Part shown: positions 26,874 to 38,900 of the stretch, piece after piece | How positions within the stretch are numbered: position 1 is the first letter of the stretch | Layout of the letters: every line of letters begins with the position of its first letter | IMG/VR virus record: IMGVR_UViG_3300027762_000294 | Location: 1 to 64,000 of that record | DNA length: 64,000 nt | Direction: 5' to 3' (one strand) | Origin: a virus | The notes under the pieces: model-generated | The model's input: only the letters and a program-made list of their open reading frames with translations | What the model was told of the DNA's origin: nothing | The model's database searches: none | Position numbers and translations under genes: made by a program

Positions 26874-28208
26874 ATGGGAGGTTGCGTGAAATACAATCCT
26901 GTAAAATATGGAGAATATATTGCTAAAAAATTCGGAGACACACTAGACCCTTGGCAACGTGAAGAGTTGACTCGTTTTGGTAGAGTTTTAAACGGGGAGA
27001 TACCTAACTTGAGAATCTCGTTGCCCGCAGCGCATGGGGTAGGAAAAACGTTTTTAGCAAGCCTAATAATTACTTACGCCTTATCGGTTGTCCCACGTAT
27101 AGCGGGAGTTGCCACATCTAATACCCGGCAACAATTAATCACTAAATTAGTGAGAGAAATTCAGAAAGTCATTCCTTATAATCCCGGTTTAAAATGCACC
27201 ACTTACGGAGTTAGGAGGATTACAAAACCGTCTAACGTAGTCTCTTTTGTGACGTTTGATCCCACAATGCCCGAGAGTTTTCAGGGGCTACATGAAGAAT
27301 TTGTTCTTATTGTTATAGACGAGGCATCTGGATTACCGGATGATTTGTTTAGGGTATTAGAAGGCGCATTATCCGGGGGAAGATTTTATTACTTGTTGTT
27401 GGGTAATCCCACTAAATTAGGGACGTATTTTCATAAAACAGTGACTGATTACAAACATATATGGCTAAGTCGTCCTATTTCTTGTTTTGATTCTCACAGA
27501 GTGTCTCCCTCATATTCTGAAAATATGGATACGCTGTATGGAAAAGACTCGGATATGTATAGAGTTAGGGTGTTGGGGTTGTTTCCAAAAATCTCAGGGG
27601 GTGATAGTAACCTTTTCAAAACTTCAGATTTTAAAAACGTGTTTGAAGAAAAGTTTGAAGGTTGTCTAGACGGTGAACGTAGCTTAGGAATGGACGTAGG
27701 CGCGGGGGGTGATAAAACGGTATTGGTTGATGTTACAGTCAATAAAGAATTAAAAATAATTTCGATAAATTCCATAAACCCTTACGGAGAGGCGGATTTA
27801 GTTAAAGTGGCAAGATTGCCTATTGATTATATGCGGGATATTGATTTTTTTGACTTTGATTTGAATATGGATAGCACAGGATTAGGGGCAGGGGTTTCTC
27901 ATATGTTAGCAGAAATAATACGCAACAACAACCTATCGACTCGTTTAAACCCGTTTAACTTTTCATCAAAACCAATATACTTAGACGACCCCTATAATGC
28001 TAAAAATATTCGCACGATGTTATACACTAACTTGAAAAAACTACTTGTCCTAGGGTGGCGGATTTATGGAATGCCAGAAGATTTGGTGAAGTTGCTCTTG
28101 ACAATTGTGTTTAGATCTGATACACTGTATTTAGAAATTGTGAATAAGTCTAAAGACCAAAATCATGACGCTTTAGACGCCTTACTGTTAAGTATAATAT
28201 TTGTTTGA
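26874..28208 (+). CDS. terL: Terminase large subunit
   Basis: LDPWQ, AHGVGKT, IVIDEA, GNP; nuclease motifs GMDVG..GD, DSTGLG, HDALDA. Confidence 0.9.
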   Translation: MGGCVKYNPVKYGEYIAKKFGDTLDPWQREELTRFGRVLNGEIPNLRISLPAAHGVGKTFLASLIITYALSVVPRIAGVATSNTRQQLITKLVREIQKVIPYNPGLKCTTYGVRRITKPSNVVSFVTFDPTMPESFQGLHEEFVLIVIDEASGLPDDLFRVLEGALSGGRFYYLLLGNPTKLGTYFHKTVTDYKHIWLSRPISCFDSHRVSPSYSENMDTLYGKDSDMYRVRVLGLFPKISGGDSNLFKTSDFKNVFEEKFEGCLDGERSLGMDVGAGGDKTVLVDVTVNKELKIISINSINPYGEADLVKVARLPIDYMRDIDFFDFDLNMDSTGLGAGVSHMLAEIIRNNNLSTRLNPFNFSSKPIYLDDPYNAKNIRTMLYTNLKKLLVLGWRIYGMPEDLVKLLLTIVFRSDTLYLEIVNKSKDQNHDALDALLLSIIFV

Positions 28209-28212
28209 TTAG

Positions 28213-29097
28213 GTGATTAATGTGAGTATAATCGAGTTTTTTAGATCCGAGGGGCTACCCACTAAAAATGGGTGTGTTAAATGGACGTCATTACATCAAT
28301 ACTTCGGATTTGCATCAAAGAAGGCAGCGAACAAACCCCACGTGGCAGACATACCATCCCGGTATGGAATTAACCGAGAAAACGTCATTACCTTCTCGAA
28401 TGACAAAGGGCATTGGATAACTGAGCACGGGATCGCCGAACTTTGTTATAGGTCAAGAAACAAAACGGCAGTTTTACTTTGGGAAAACTATTTCGACAAA
28501 GGAAACAAAAAGTTAAATTTAGCTTTTGAGGAATTGTGTAATGCAGGGGTTAACACTCAAGGTCATTTGTTGAGGGCATTAGACGTGCAATCATTCTTTA
28601 GGATTCGCAATAATCCCACTTACGATTTGACTCAATTAGGAATACCCTACGTTTTGGTTAAAGATGGGATACACCCTAACAATTTACCTGCCACTTATTT
28701 TGCCTTGGATTATTTGCCCAGATATTTGGGAGCGCGGCGTAACAAGTTAGTGTATGACTTTGTCCAAAACTACGAGTTGTCGACTACAATAATGCCTATT
28801 GAAGTTGCTATTATATCTGAGTTAGAACGGGAGTTTCCTGATCTATGCTTTCAAAGGCAATACCGGATTGGTAAGTATCGGGTAGACGCTGTAATTTTAC
28901 AGGAGTCTATTCCAGTTATTGCTATCGAAATTGATGAATATCAACATAAGCGAACGAGAAGCAGTGAGTATGATAAATTGCGTGAAAATTACATCATCAC
29001 GGCATATCCGGATCTGGTTATTTTGAGAATAGACACAACTGCCAAAGAGTTCTCTTTGGCACCGTACTTCAACATCATACAGGAGCTTTGCAAATGA
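28213..29097 (+). CDS. BRO-like DNA-binding protein with a DUF559/Vsr-like endonuclease domain
   Basis: WITEHGIAELCYRSR; QYRIGKYRVD...IAIEIDEYQH...DKLRE. Confidence 0.7.
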   Translation: MINVSIIEFFRSEGLPTKNGCVKWTSLHQYFGFASKKAANKPHVADIPSRYGINRENVITFSNDKGHWITEHGIAELCYRSRNKTAVLLWENYFDKGNKKLNLAFEELCNAGVNTQGHLLRALDVQSFFRIRNNPTYDLTQLGIPYVLVKDGIHPNNLPATYFALDYLPRYLGARRNKLVYDFVQNYELSTTIMPIEVAIISELEREFPDLCFQRQYRIGKYRVDAVILQESIPVIAIEIDEYQHKRTRSSEYDKLRENYIITAYPDLVILRIDTTAKEFSLAPYFNIIQELCK

Positions 29098-29789
29098 CAA
29101 CCCTAACATTTACCCCAGTTTTTCTTCACAAGTTGTTGCATCAACATCGGTACAGTGCTAAAGAGAATGGTGTGTTGTTCAAATTGGAGGACCATGTATT
29201 GCAAGTAGTGTCTACCAATAACCGACTTTTGACAGTTACAAAACTCACCATGCCTGAAATTGACACTACGTTAAACGCAACCATTCATAACCGTGGAGTG
29301 ATGTTTATCAAAGGGTATCTGCGTAAGCTAAAAGGCTTGGTTTCCTTATCGTTTTCTGAGAGTTATGTCGATTTGAAGCAAGGCGAATCTCAAATCGACA
29401 GAAATTATTTGGTCGGGGAAACATATCCCGATTATACAGCGGTAATTCAAAAGGAGGTAGGATACCAGATTTGGGTTAGATATTCCTCTTTCAAGGATGC
29501 CGTTCAAAGTCAAGAAAATGAGCTGATTTTGAAAGAGTACCAACACCGTCTTTTGATCAATCAACATTCAATGTCCATTTACGACAGTCGATATGCTGAG
29601 GGTAATGCTGTTAAATTGTCAACGGCACCAATCCCCCTAGACACCGATTTATTAATGGGGGCTGTACTTTCCCTAAATGCTTTGCCCAACAAACATTTGA
29701 TTTTGTCCTTTTATGAGGATAGTATAAACGTAGGGCTTGAATTAGAAGGACGCCCTGAAACTAAGGTTATAATAGCCGCCAACCATTAA
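29088..29789 (+). CDS. DNA polymerase beta-clamp-like protein
   Basis: NGVLF......LQVVSTNNRLL and GETYPDYTAVI correspond to the DnaN VATDGHRL and G.FPDY..VI motifs. Confidence 0.7.
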   Translation: MQMTTLTFTPVFLHKLLHQHRYSAKENGVLFKLEDHVLQVVSTNNRLLTVTKLTMPEIDTTLNATIHNRGVMFIKGYLRKLKGLVSLSFSESYVDLKQGESQIDRNYLVGETYPDYTAVIQKEVGYQIWVRYSSFKDAVQSQENELILKEYQHRLLINQHSMSIYDSRYAEGNAVKLSTAPIPLDTDLLMGAVLSLNALPNKHLILSFYEDSINVGLELEGRPETKVIIAANH

Positions 29790-29793
29790 TTAC

Positions 29794-29825
29794 AAAAAAA
29801 ACCCCCAACTGTATTTGTTGGGGGT
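29794..29825 (-). terminator. Terminator at the convergence of the two transcription blocks
   Basis: A8-CCCCCAAC-loop-GTTGGGGG; the U tract reads on the minus strand. Confidence 0.75.
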
Positions 29826-29909
29826 AGGAGGAATAACATGAATAACAATATCAATCAAGCGGGAACTCTAATATTTATAGCTGTTATGCTGTGGTTAGTT
29901 ACTCTTTTA

Positions 29910-32900
29910 CTACCGCCGGATGCTTTTCACTTCCCTTGGTGGTAATCTCTCAGAAGCCTTGGGCGCCCCAATTTTATTGGTAGCAACCAAGGTTTTTATT
30001 TGCACATCTAATTGCCGTTCTAACAAATTTTCTACCTTATTCAAGTTTAGGTTATCGCCCGGCTGATTGACTTTCATAGGTTCAACCTTAATGCCATATT
30101 TACGTAGGACCTCAGAAGATTTAGGATCTACAATAATCTCCCCTTTATGAATTTCGGCTACTTGGTTTTCTGCAACATAGCTAGTTCCTACCTCATAACT
30201 CCCCATTGCCTTTAAGCGCTTTTCAAGCTCGGCTATATATACGTTATTCTTTTCACGAGCTTCGACAGACCCTCCGAATAACGTTTTTCCATAACGCTGG
30301 GCACGGTCTAACTCATTCTTTAAAGCAGCAACATCAGTTTGGATACTCTTTGGTATCTGTACTTGTGAACTCATAACTGCGGGTTGTACCGGGGTAACCT
30401 TAGGAGCTACCGCTGTAGAGGTTTGTTGTATTGATGCAACCTTAGTGACTGCCGCTATAGAGGTTTGTTGTATTGATGCAACCTTAGTGACTGCTTCTGT
30501 AGGGATTGTTGCATTGACATTTATGATAGGTGATTTATCTGCAATAACCTTTAACAACGTTGTCATTTCACGCAATTGAGTTAATTGAGATAAATCCGCC
30601 GGCGTTTCTCTCAATATAGCGTTCTCCACAACTCTTCCAAAATTATCAGGTAATAAATTAATTGATTGAGTTGTCTCTTTGGCAGTAGTTATAAGACTCT
30701 CAAAATAACCCTGATTTAGCAACAATATATTGGTGTTATCGATTTGAGCTTGCAATTTCAACAACTCTAAATCGTAAACCTTTTTACTCTCTCCCAATAA
30801 TAAATTTAACTCCCTGTCCGTTTCTAACTTTAAAACACTCTCTTGTCTTTCTTGGTTTTCTCTGGTCTGATCCCGTAAAGTTATTAGTTCAGTTTTTAAG
30901 ATTTCATTAAGCCTAGCTTCCTCAACTTTCAAGCTCTCATCTAAGGCGGCTAAGGCTGCAACCAAGGCATCTTTTTCAGTTTGAACCTCCAACTTAACCT
31001 CATCCATTTTGACGCCCATATGAGCCGTGCCGTTAATTAATTCACGCAAAGAAATTAACTGGGCAGCGTAAGCTTCATTTGCTTCCATTTTTTTAGCTTC
31101 TGCTAAAGTCACATCCCCGCTTAATTTAGTAACATTGTCCGCACTAGCTTGAACATTTTCTAATTCTCTTAAGCGGGCAATATTTGAATGAAACGCCTCT
31201 ATGTACTTATCTCCGCTGGCATAACCCTCCCGCATCAACCCATTATACTCTTGAATAAAGTCTATCTCCTTAGAATAGTCTTTGTTAGCACGGGCTGTTT
31301 GAATTTCACTCTTAATATAAGCTTCACGCTCTCCAAAACTTAAAGCCGCGTCTTCACTCATTGTCATGTTGTGAATTGTCTCTTTGGCTTTAGCCGCTAT
31401 ATCCTCAAGCATTTGTTTGTAATCGTCAAGGGCTTGTTGCTTAGCTGATAACTCCTCATCAATCATCGCTAATTTCTCTTCATGTTCTTTCTGAAGAATG
31501 TTATAGTACTCACTATAATTTTCCTCTATGATGTTGGAATCCGATATATTTTGAATTGAACTCTTCAAAGCTTGATAAGCAGTATCTTTTGAAGGTTGCT
31601 GATTTCTCAATTCCATAATCTGTCTTGTCAAATCCTTGGTCTTTCCCGCAAACGAATCTAAGATAGACCGAATGTTTTCCATTTCTTGTTCTAATATGGC
31701 GATTTTAGAGTCACTTGCGTTTTGCAAAGTTTCCTTTTCTTTTTCAAGTCCCTTTTGGAAGTCTGCAAGATTATCATCACGAATTTTCTTTAGATTATCC
31801 ACAGGTGACAATACAGGATCTAACTCGTTAATTGCGTTATTTATGGAATCCATAACCTCTTTGTTTTTATTAACTAAGTCAGTATAGGCATCCATTAAGG
31901 ATTGAGCTTTATCTTCAATCGCCTTAAACGGATTACTATCTGGAGTATTGTTCAAGGTTTTCAAATGTCCCTCTATTACGCCCCGTGTATTCTCATATGA
32001 ACTCGTCAATTCATCAATTTTTGCTTTAAGTTTCTCTAAATCTAATTTAATATTCTCTAAGAATCGTATGGGGTTTTCTAGATAGCTAGGCTTGACTTCT
32101 TCTTTGGTAACGTTGGTTATTGAACTCCGTAAATCATTTATTTCTTGGGTTAATCTTTCAATTTCGCCAACTCTCTCGGACAAATCTATTTTCTTTGGCG
32201 CTGTGTAACTTTCAATAGTAGATATTAAGGTAGTGTTTTCCTCTGCTAATTCTACCCATGGCTTAAGCAACTCTTCAACGCCTAACTTTATCTGAGTACT
32301 ATCCAGCCCATCTTTACTCATAGAATTGATAATTCCATTCAAATCGAAATTATTCTTACTTGTGTAGCTTTTATACATCGTGATATCAGGGGTTTGAGGT
32401 TTGATTAAAGCGTCTGTAACAAGCCCATTCATTTCTTCAAACCAACTTTTTGTCGATTCAATGGATGACTTAACAGTGTCTAAACTCACGTTGTATTTTT
32501 CGCTTAAATTAACAATATCCGAATATTCAAGAAACTTTATGTCTTTTAGTTTGCTTGGGTCAATTAACTCTTCTGAAGTTTTGAGAGATTTCAACCACTC
32601 AACGTGCCCTTTCTTAACTTCCAATATTTGTTGCCATTCTTGGAATTCTTCATTAGATGGCAGCGCCCCGTTAATCCAAGAAAGGAAAGTATTTTTAAAG
32701 CCTATGCCTATCAATTTTGGGTCGGTTGTGTCAAATTTAACCTCGTCGTTTATAAACCCTGCAAAGGAGTCTGTCACTGCACTTTTTATTTCATTGAATC
32801 TGTCTTTAGTGCGTGAAATTTCAGTCTGAACTTCCTCAATTGTTAAGTTTAACGTCTCGGCTAAATGATGGATTCTTTCAATAGACAGATCACCAAAATC

Positions 32901-35900
32901 ACGAACCGATTGGATAACCAAGTTATCATCTCCTGTTGACAACATGTCCTTTTTCCAGTTCTCAAATTCAACATTGAAAGAAAACGCTTCTGTAAGTTTA
33001 TCAATTTCAGATTGAGTCGGCAGGTTATTTCTGAACTCAGTGGCTTTAGCTAAGAGGGCGTCTTTATCCAAAAGGGTGTATGTGTTAAACGCGTCATCCC
33101 CTTTAAACTCCTTAACAGCCTCATCTAAAGATTTAGTAGTGTCTAGCAGCCAAGTCAAATATGTATCGGTGGCAGAGCTCAAATCGTCTAAATTAGCATT
33201 TCCAAATTTTTCAATTACGTCAGTACCTTTCAAACTTTCAAGGCGATTTCGCATTTTGTCAACTGAGGTTATCCCCTCATTTCTGAAATACGTTTCAACT
33301 TCTGGGGGCTTATCACCCTTAAGTTTTTCTATTGATGTCGTTAAGAAGTCGTCAAATTGTTTTTGTCTTTCTAAAGCAACTTTAGCCTTATCTTGGATAA
33401 AATCATAAACCTCAACAGGAGTCTTCTCTAATGAATTGGCTAAATCGATTAACCCTAGCTCACTCAAAGACAGCGCATCTTTGAGAACTGTGAACCCGCC
33501 GCGCATATCCCAAGTCTCATCTAAAGATATTTTCCCATGGTCTTTCATTGATTTACGCAAATCGATTAAATCTTGGAAAGAAGCAATTTGTGTAGATGCT
33601 ACCTCTTCTAAACTACTTTTCGCATTTTCGAGTTCAGTGGTTATGTTTTCTAGAGATATTCCATAAGTATCTGAAACATATTTTATTTGTTCTAATGTAA
33701 TAGTATTAAGTCTTTCCAAACTTGTGTAATCAAAATCGAATAATAGATTACTCACTTCAATCGGCTTTGGCTTTTTAAGGTTATCCAGTTTATTTTGTAA
33801 ATCTTCTAATTCTGAATTATAATCCTTAACCACATTAATGACTGTAGTTGGGTCCAAACCTTTAGCAAGTAAAATGTTTAGGTTATCTGCAGTTGCTTCC
33901 CAGTTCAAACCTAATTCTTTTAAAGCGTCATCAATAACAGGAGGCTCTGTTTTTCTAAGTTCGTCTTGAATTTTTAACAGAGACAACTCAATAGGTTCTT
34001 TAAAATCTTCAAGTAATTTACCCCCTAACAAATCACTAAGTTTACCTTTATCAACAAAAGAAGAAGATTCTATGTAATCAGTAATATTGTCAAATGATAG
34101 GTTGTCCTTGATCTGATAATAATAAGTTTCCATATCCGATTCTAATTTTTTAACATCACGATTTTCAAATACCGAATTCAATTGAGTATAAGTTTCCTTC
34201 ACAACTCCCACAAGCTCGCTTAATTCTCCACTATAATTTGAATCTATTTTGAACTGCTCCCATTCAACCAATGACCAATCAGTCAACATACTTTGGAGTT
34301 GAGGAAGCCCTAAAGTTAGACTAAATTTAGGAGTGCCAAGTTTGCTATCGTCAATGACTTTCTGAGTGTCTTTAATCCAAGCATTCTTATCGTCTACAGC
34401 TGCGTTAAATCTTTCAATGTCACTGTTATAAAAATCTTTTAAAGTAGCCAACGCATCCAAGTTAAGGAATTGTGAAGATGTTAAATTCTTTAAAGGATCT
34501 ATCTCTTCTTTCTTGGGTTGAATTGACACTTTGCTTAAATCTGTATTCTTCAACACTTCTGTAAGTGATGCAACATCATTATTGTAAACTTTCAACAACT
34601 CTGAGAAAGTCTCGTATGTCTTAGCATTACTCCATTTATTCAATAAATCTACCGGTAATACAACCGGCTCTTTAACCTCTGCAAAAATATCAGCTAAGGG
34701 ATTATTAGTTAACAACTCCATATTATTTTTAGATGCCAACATGAATGCTTCAAAATTATCAATCGTTTTGTTGGTTGTGAACTCAAATAATTCTTTATAA
34801 GGTACTTCCTCAGTAACACTATCGCTTAATAATTTGTCTACCTCTTGTAAAGAGTCTTTAAACGTTCCCAGCACGGCATAATTGTCAAGAGTTTTATCTC
34901 TCATAAATGTGATCAAAGGTGACACATCCATCACTTTAGATTTGTTATATGCTAACCATTCTTGATTAACACCCATTATTTTGTTGCTAGCATCCGAGAT
35001 AAATGAACTAACATCTTCATAGGGAATTATGCCTTCATACATCAAATTGGTTAAGTTTAGAGCATCATTTGCTAGGAAAGATTCTAACTCGGTTAAAGAT
35101 TTAGATTCAGTCCATTGAGATCCCTTTAAAACACCTGTCTTTGAATCGCCGATATCAACTCTAGCCTTTTCTAAAGAAGCGTCTATTTCTTTCATTTGTT
35201 TGATAAAATCACCCAATTGTGTATTGAATTCCTCTAAGCTCACACTAACATCAACTTGCTCAATCTCGTCAACTTTAGCTACAACATTTTTGTTTGCTTT
35301 TAACCAATCTTCAAAAGTTGACATATCTACCGCCTCAGGCATGGCAACAGAAAATTCATTCCAGAATTCACCAAACCCTGCCAACACCACACTTTGATGT
35401 AAATTCAACTCTTTAATTTTCTTATTGTTCTCGTCTATCATTGCAAACTGGGAGTTATAATCACTTATGGAAAATTCCTTAATTTGTTCAATGTGTTCAG
35501 TACCATAAGGAGTTTTTGTGACTTGTGTCATCCCACCCGTAGCCCGAGCTTTCTCAATCGTTTCATTTATAGATGCATTTTGACTTTCTAGTCTAACTCT
35601 GCGTGCTTTAATTACTTCGGCTTCTTTCTGTAAAGGACTTAAATCGCGTCCTTGTATTGTAGTATTATTACCTTCTTCTTTACGTGCGGCTTCTTGTAAT
35701 TTTTTAAAATTAGATGACCAAGTGTTAACCAGAGGGGTTAATCCTGCTGACAAATCTATGGTTGGTCTCAATTGTTCCCAAAACTTTCTTTGTTGATTAA
35801 CACCGGCATTCGTTATTTCTTTAAACGCGTTGATAAAAGCCTCATGATCGCTCTTAAGACGATCCGCTTCTTCTTTAGCCCGTGTTGCAGCGTCCTCTCT

Positions 35901-38900
35901 AGCTTGTTGGTCAGCTTCAGCCTGTTGTTGTCTCGCATCTTCAGCAGCTTCTCTAGCCTCTTCAGCCCGTTGTGTATCAGCCTCTGCCATATCAGATTGG
36001 TTAGACGCGGCTTGAGCTTCATCTAATTGTTTACGAGTACGGGCATCTATTCCCACACTTGTAGCTACGGGGCGTAAATCATCCTTAATTGATGACACAG
36101 TTGTCGCAAATTCTAACATTTGCTTTTGAACTTCAGGGTCGTTTAAAACTTGTTGCGTTATACTAATTACCCCTTTAACTTGGTCTACAATTGATGCCAG
36201 AGAATTAGCAGCGGCTAAACCACCTGTTGTTAAAGCAGTCCCAGCAACCTGTCCACCCATCATCATATCGATATTACTACTCATCAACGGACTAATGAAA
36301 TTATCTTGTATTATAGTAGATATTTGTTCAACACCTGCATTGAATATAGCCTGATTCATTTGTTGCGTTATAGCCTCTGGACCTGATTCTTCCCAGTTTG
36401 TTAACATCGCACCCCAATCTAAATTAGAAAGTGAAGATTGCATATTTGCAGTTAACTTTTGAGAAGTGGTACCATATTCACTTAAGGCATTAGTCAACCC
36501 TGGAGTCAAGGAGGACAATTCTTTGAATTCTAAAGATAATTGATTCCAGTCAGACAGAGAATCTATACTGAAGTCTTGTCCTGTAAATGCTTCTGCTAAA
36601 TTTTCATATTGTGTTAAAATTGAAGACGATGTTAAATTATCCTTAACTCCTAATTCACTCAAGTTTGCATAAAATTGTTCAACATGATCGGCGGCGTTTA
36701 TTAGCGAGTTTTGTCCGGTCTCATCTAAAGAGTTAAACACGTCTATAAACCCTGCCTTTGTTAAAGGTAACGATTGACCCAATGAAGAGAATAAGTCACT
36801 CAAATCTTGGAACGGTTTAATATTGTCGGTTGTTTTGAATACATCAATGAACTTATTTAATTTTTCAGTCCCAAAATTATCTAGATCCCCGGTTTCAAAA
36901 TCACGGTTGAAATTGGTAGATTGATTGATCTCTTTCAACATATTCATTGATTCAAAATACTGTTTTAATTCTGTACCTGCGTTAATAAGATTTTCTCTAC
37001 CATCTGTAATTGTCTCAAAGAAACGACTCACATCCCCTATGCTCTTTGGTAACTCTTCACCAGCATCTTCAAAAATATCAGCTACAACTTTGTTGCTACG
37101 TGTATAATTTACATCCCCAGATTTACCCACAAGCTCTAAAAAATCAGTTAAGTTTTGTCCAGTGTCAATATCATCTGGATTTATGTCTCCCATAGTTAAC
37201 CCAATCTTTTGATAAAATTTACCTAAGTCCACAAGTCCTTTCAATTTCTCTTGCATGTCCTCTGCAGTCATCATTTCATCGTCAATCAAAGTTAGAGAAT
37301 CGGTTATTGTTTTGTCGATTATTTTCTTTAACCCTGCGTCCATTATGTCGTATTCCCCACTTGTTAGGGATTCTGTTATAATAGCACGGCTAGTTTCTAA
37401 TTGTTTAACAATAATCTCGGCAGTCTCTTGTCCTATATCACTATAACCAGCAGTTTTCATGGCTGCAATTACCGAGTCCACATTAACCTCAGTTAAACCA
37501 CCCAAGGCAGAGGAAAACTTCTGAACTAAGGCTTCGCCACGGGGCATCTTGGACAAGGCACCATCCCAAACTGACATTCTATTTTTGATTCCTAAAGTAC
37601 CATCATTTAACTGTTGAGCAATGACGTTATATGTGTCAACCATACCGTTAGTCATATTCTCACCAGCAACAGTCAAGTTATTGAAGTAATAGCTCAAAGC
37701 TGTAGCTTTAGATAATTCCTCCATTTTGTTATTCCAGGCGTCCTGCTCACTACCACGATCATACATAGATGAGATTGTGAACGTATGCCCTTTTAACTTC
37801 TCATTAGCCTCACTGTAGCCTCCAATTAAAGATGAACCGAACTCCTCAATAGATTTTTTGAGAGCCTCAAATGACTTGTTAAGCTCTCTCATTTGCGCCC
37901 CAGATAACTCTTCATATTCCTCTTTTGTCTTTGTGCCTCCCAGTCCTTTTTTGCTCATTCGATTTACTGTCCGAGCAGTAACACCTTCGTCTGAAATTGT
38001 TTTCTCAGTCCATGAGGCTTCCTTCTCATATTTGGCTCCTAATTTTCCTAATAACGCATTACCTAAAATTTGAATTGCAGGACCCGCTATTTCTTTAATT
38101 CCAGGCGGTAACATTGTTGCAGCAGCAGTACTTAAACCTGCAACAGCAATACCTCCAAATTTTTGAGTATTACTGGCTCCAGATTGAGTGATAGATGATA
38201 ATGCACCCAATGCAAAGTTTTGCCAAGCTCTTTTAACGTCTTCACCTCTTTGTAAGGATGCTGCTATTTCAGCATCTTGAGCTTGCTTAGATAATTCAGA
38301 ATGTGTCAATGTACTTTCCAAGAAATTAGCATTCGCCTCACTGTGTGCCTCTAACACCGATTCTAAAGCCTTACCTTGATCCTGACCTACCTTATACAAA
38401 ACCTCGTCTGATTTTTTCTTTTGGTCTTCTATCAGTTTCAACTGGTCATTCATTAAACTAGCTTGTTGCTCACCAGCCTCTCCTATACCTTTCATTTGTT
38501 CTTTGAACGGTGTTAAATCAACGTTTTTAAATGCGTCTATTGTGGGATCATTTACAGCTTTAACCATTGGATTGACAACAAACAACTTATTCTTTTCTTG
38601 TGCTTTCATCCAATCTTCTAAATCTGTTTTAATAACTCCCTTCTTAGAAGAAGAAGACTCCGTAACCATCAATTTATTTGTAACTGCATCTTTAATGACC
38701 ATGACAATGTGGTCAATATCTTTATCAATGTTGCTCCCTGCACGGGCACGACCCCGGCTATAAGCTCTATCACCATTGTCAATTCCTATAATGTCGCCTT
38801 CTTTAAGTGTATTAGTTAAACTAGCATGTTGTCCCACATCGCTAATTTTAACATTACCTGTTGCGTCAGCAATATTTTGAATGATACCATGAGCTGAATC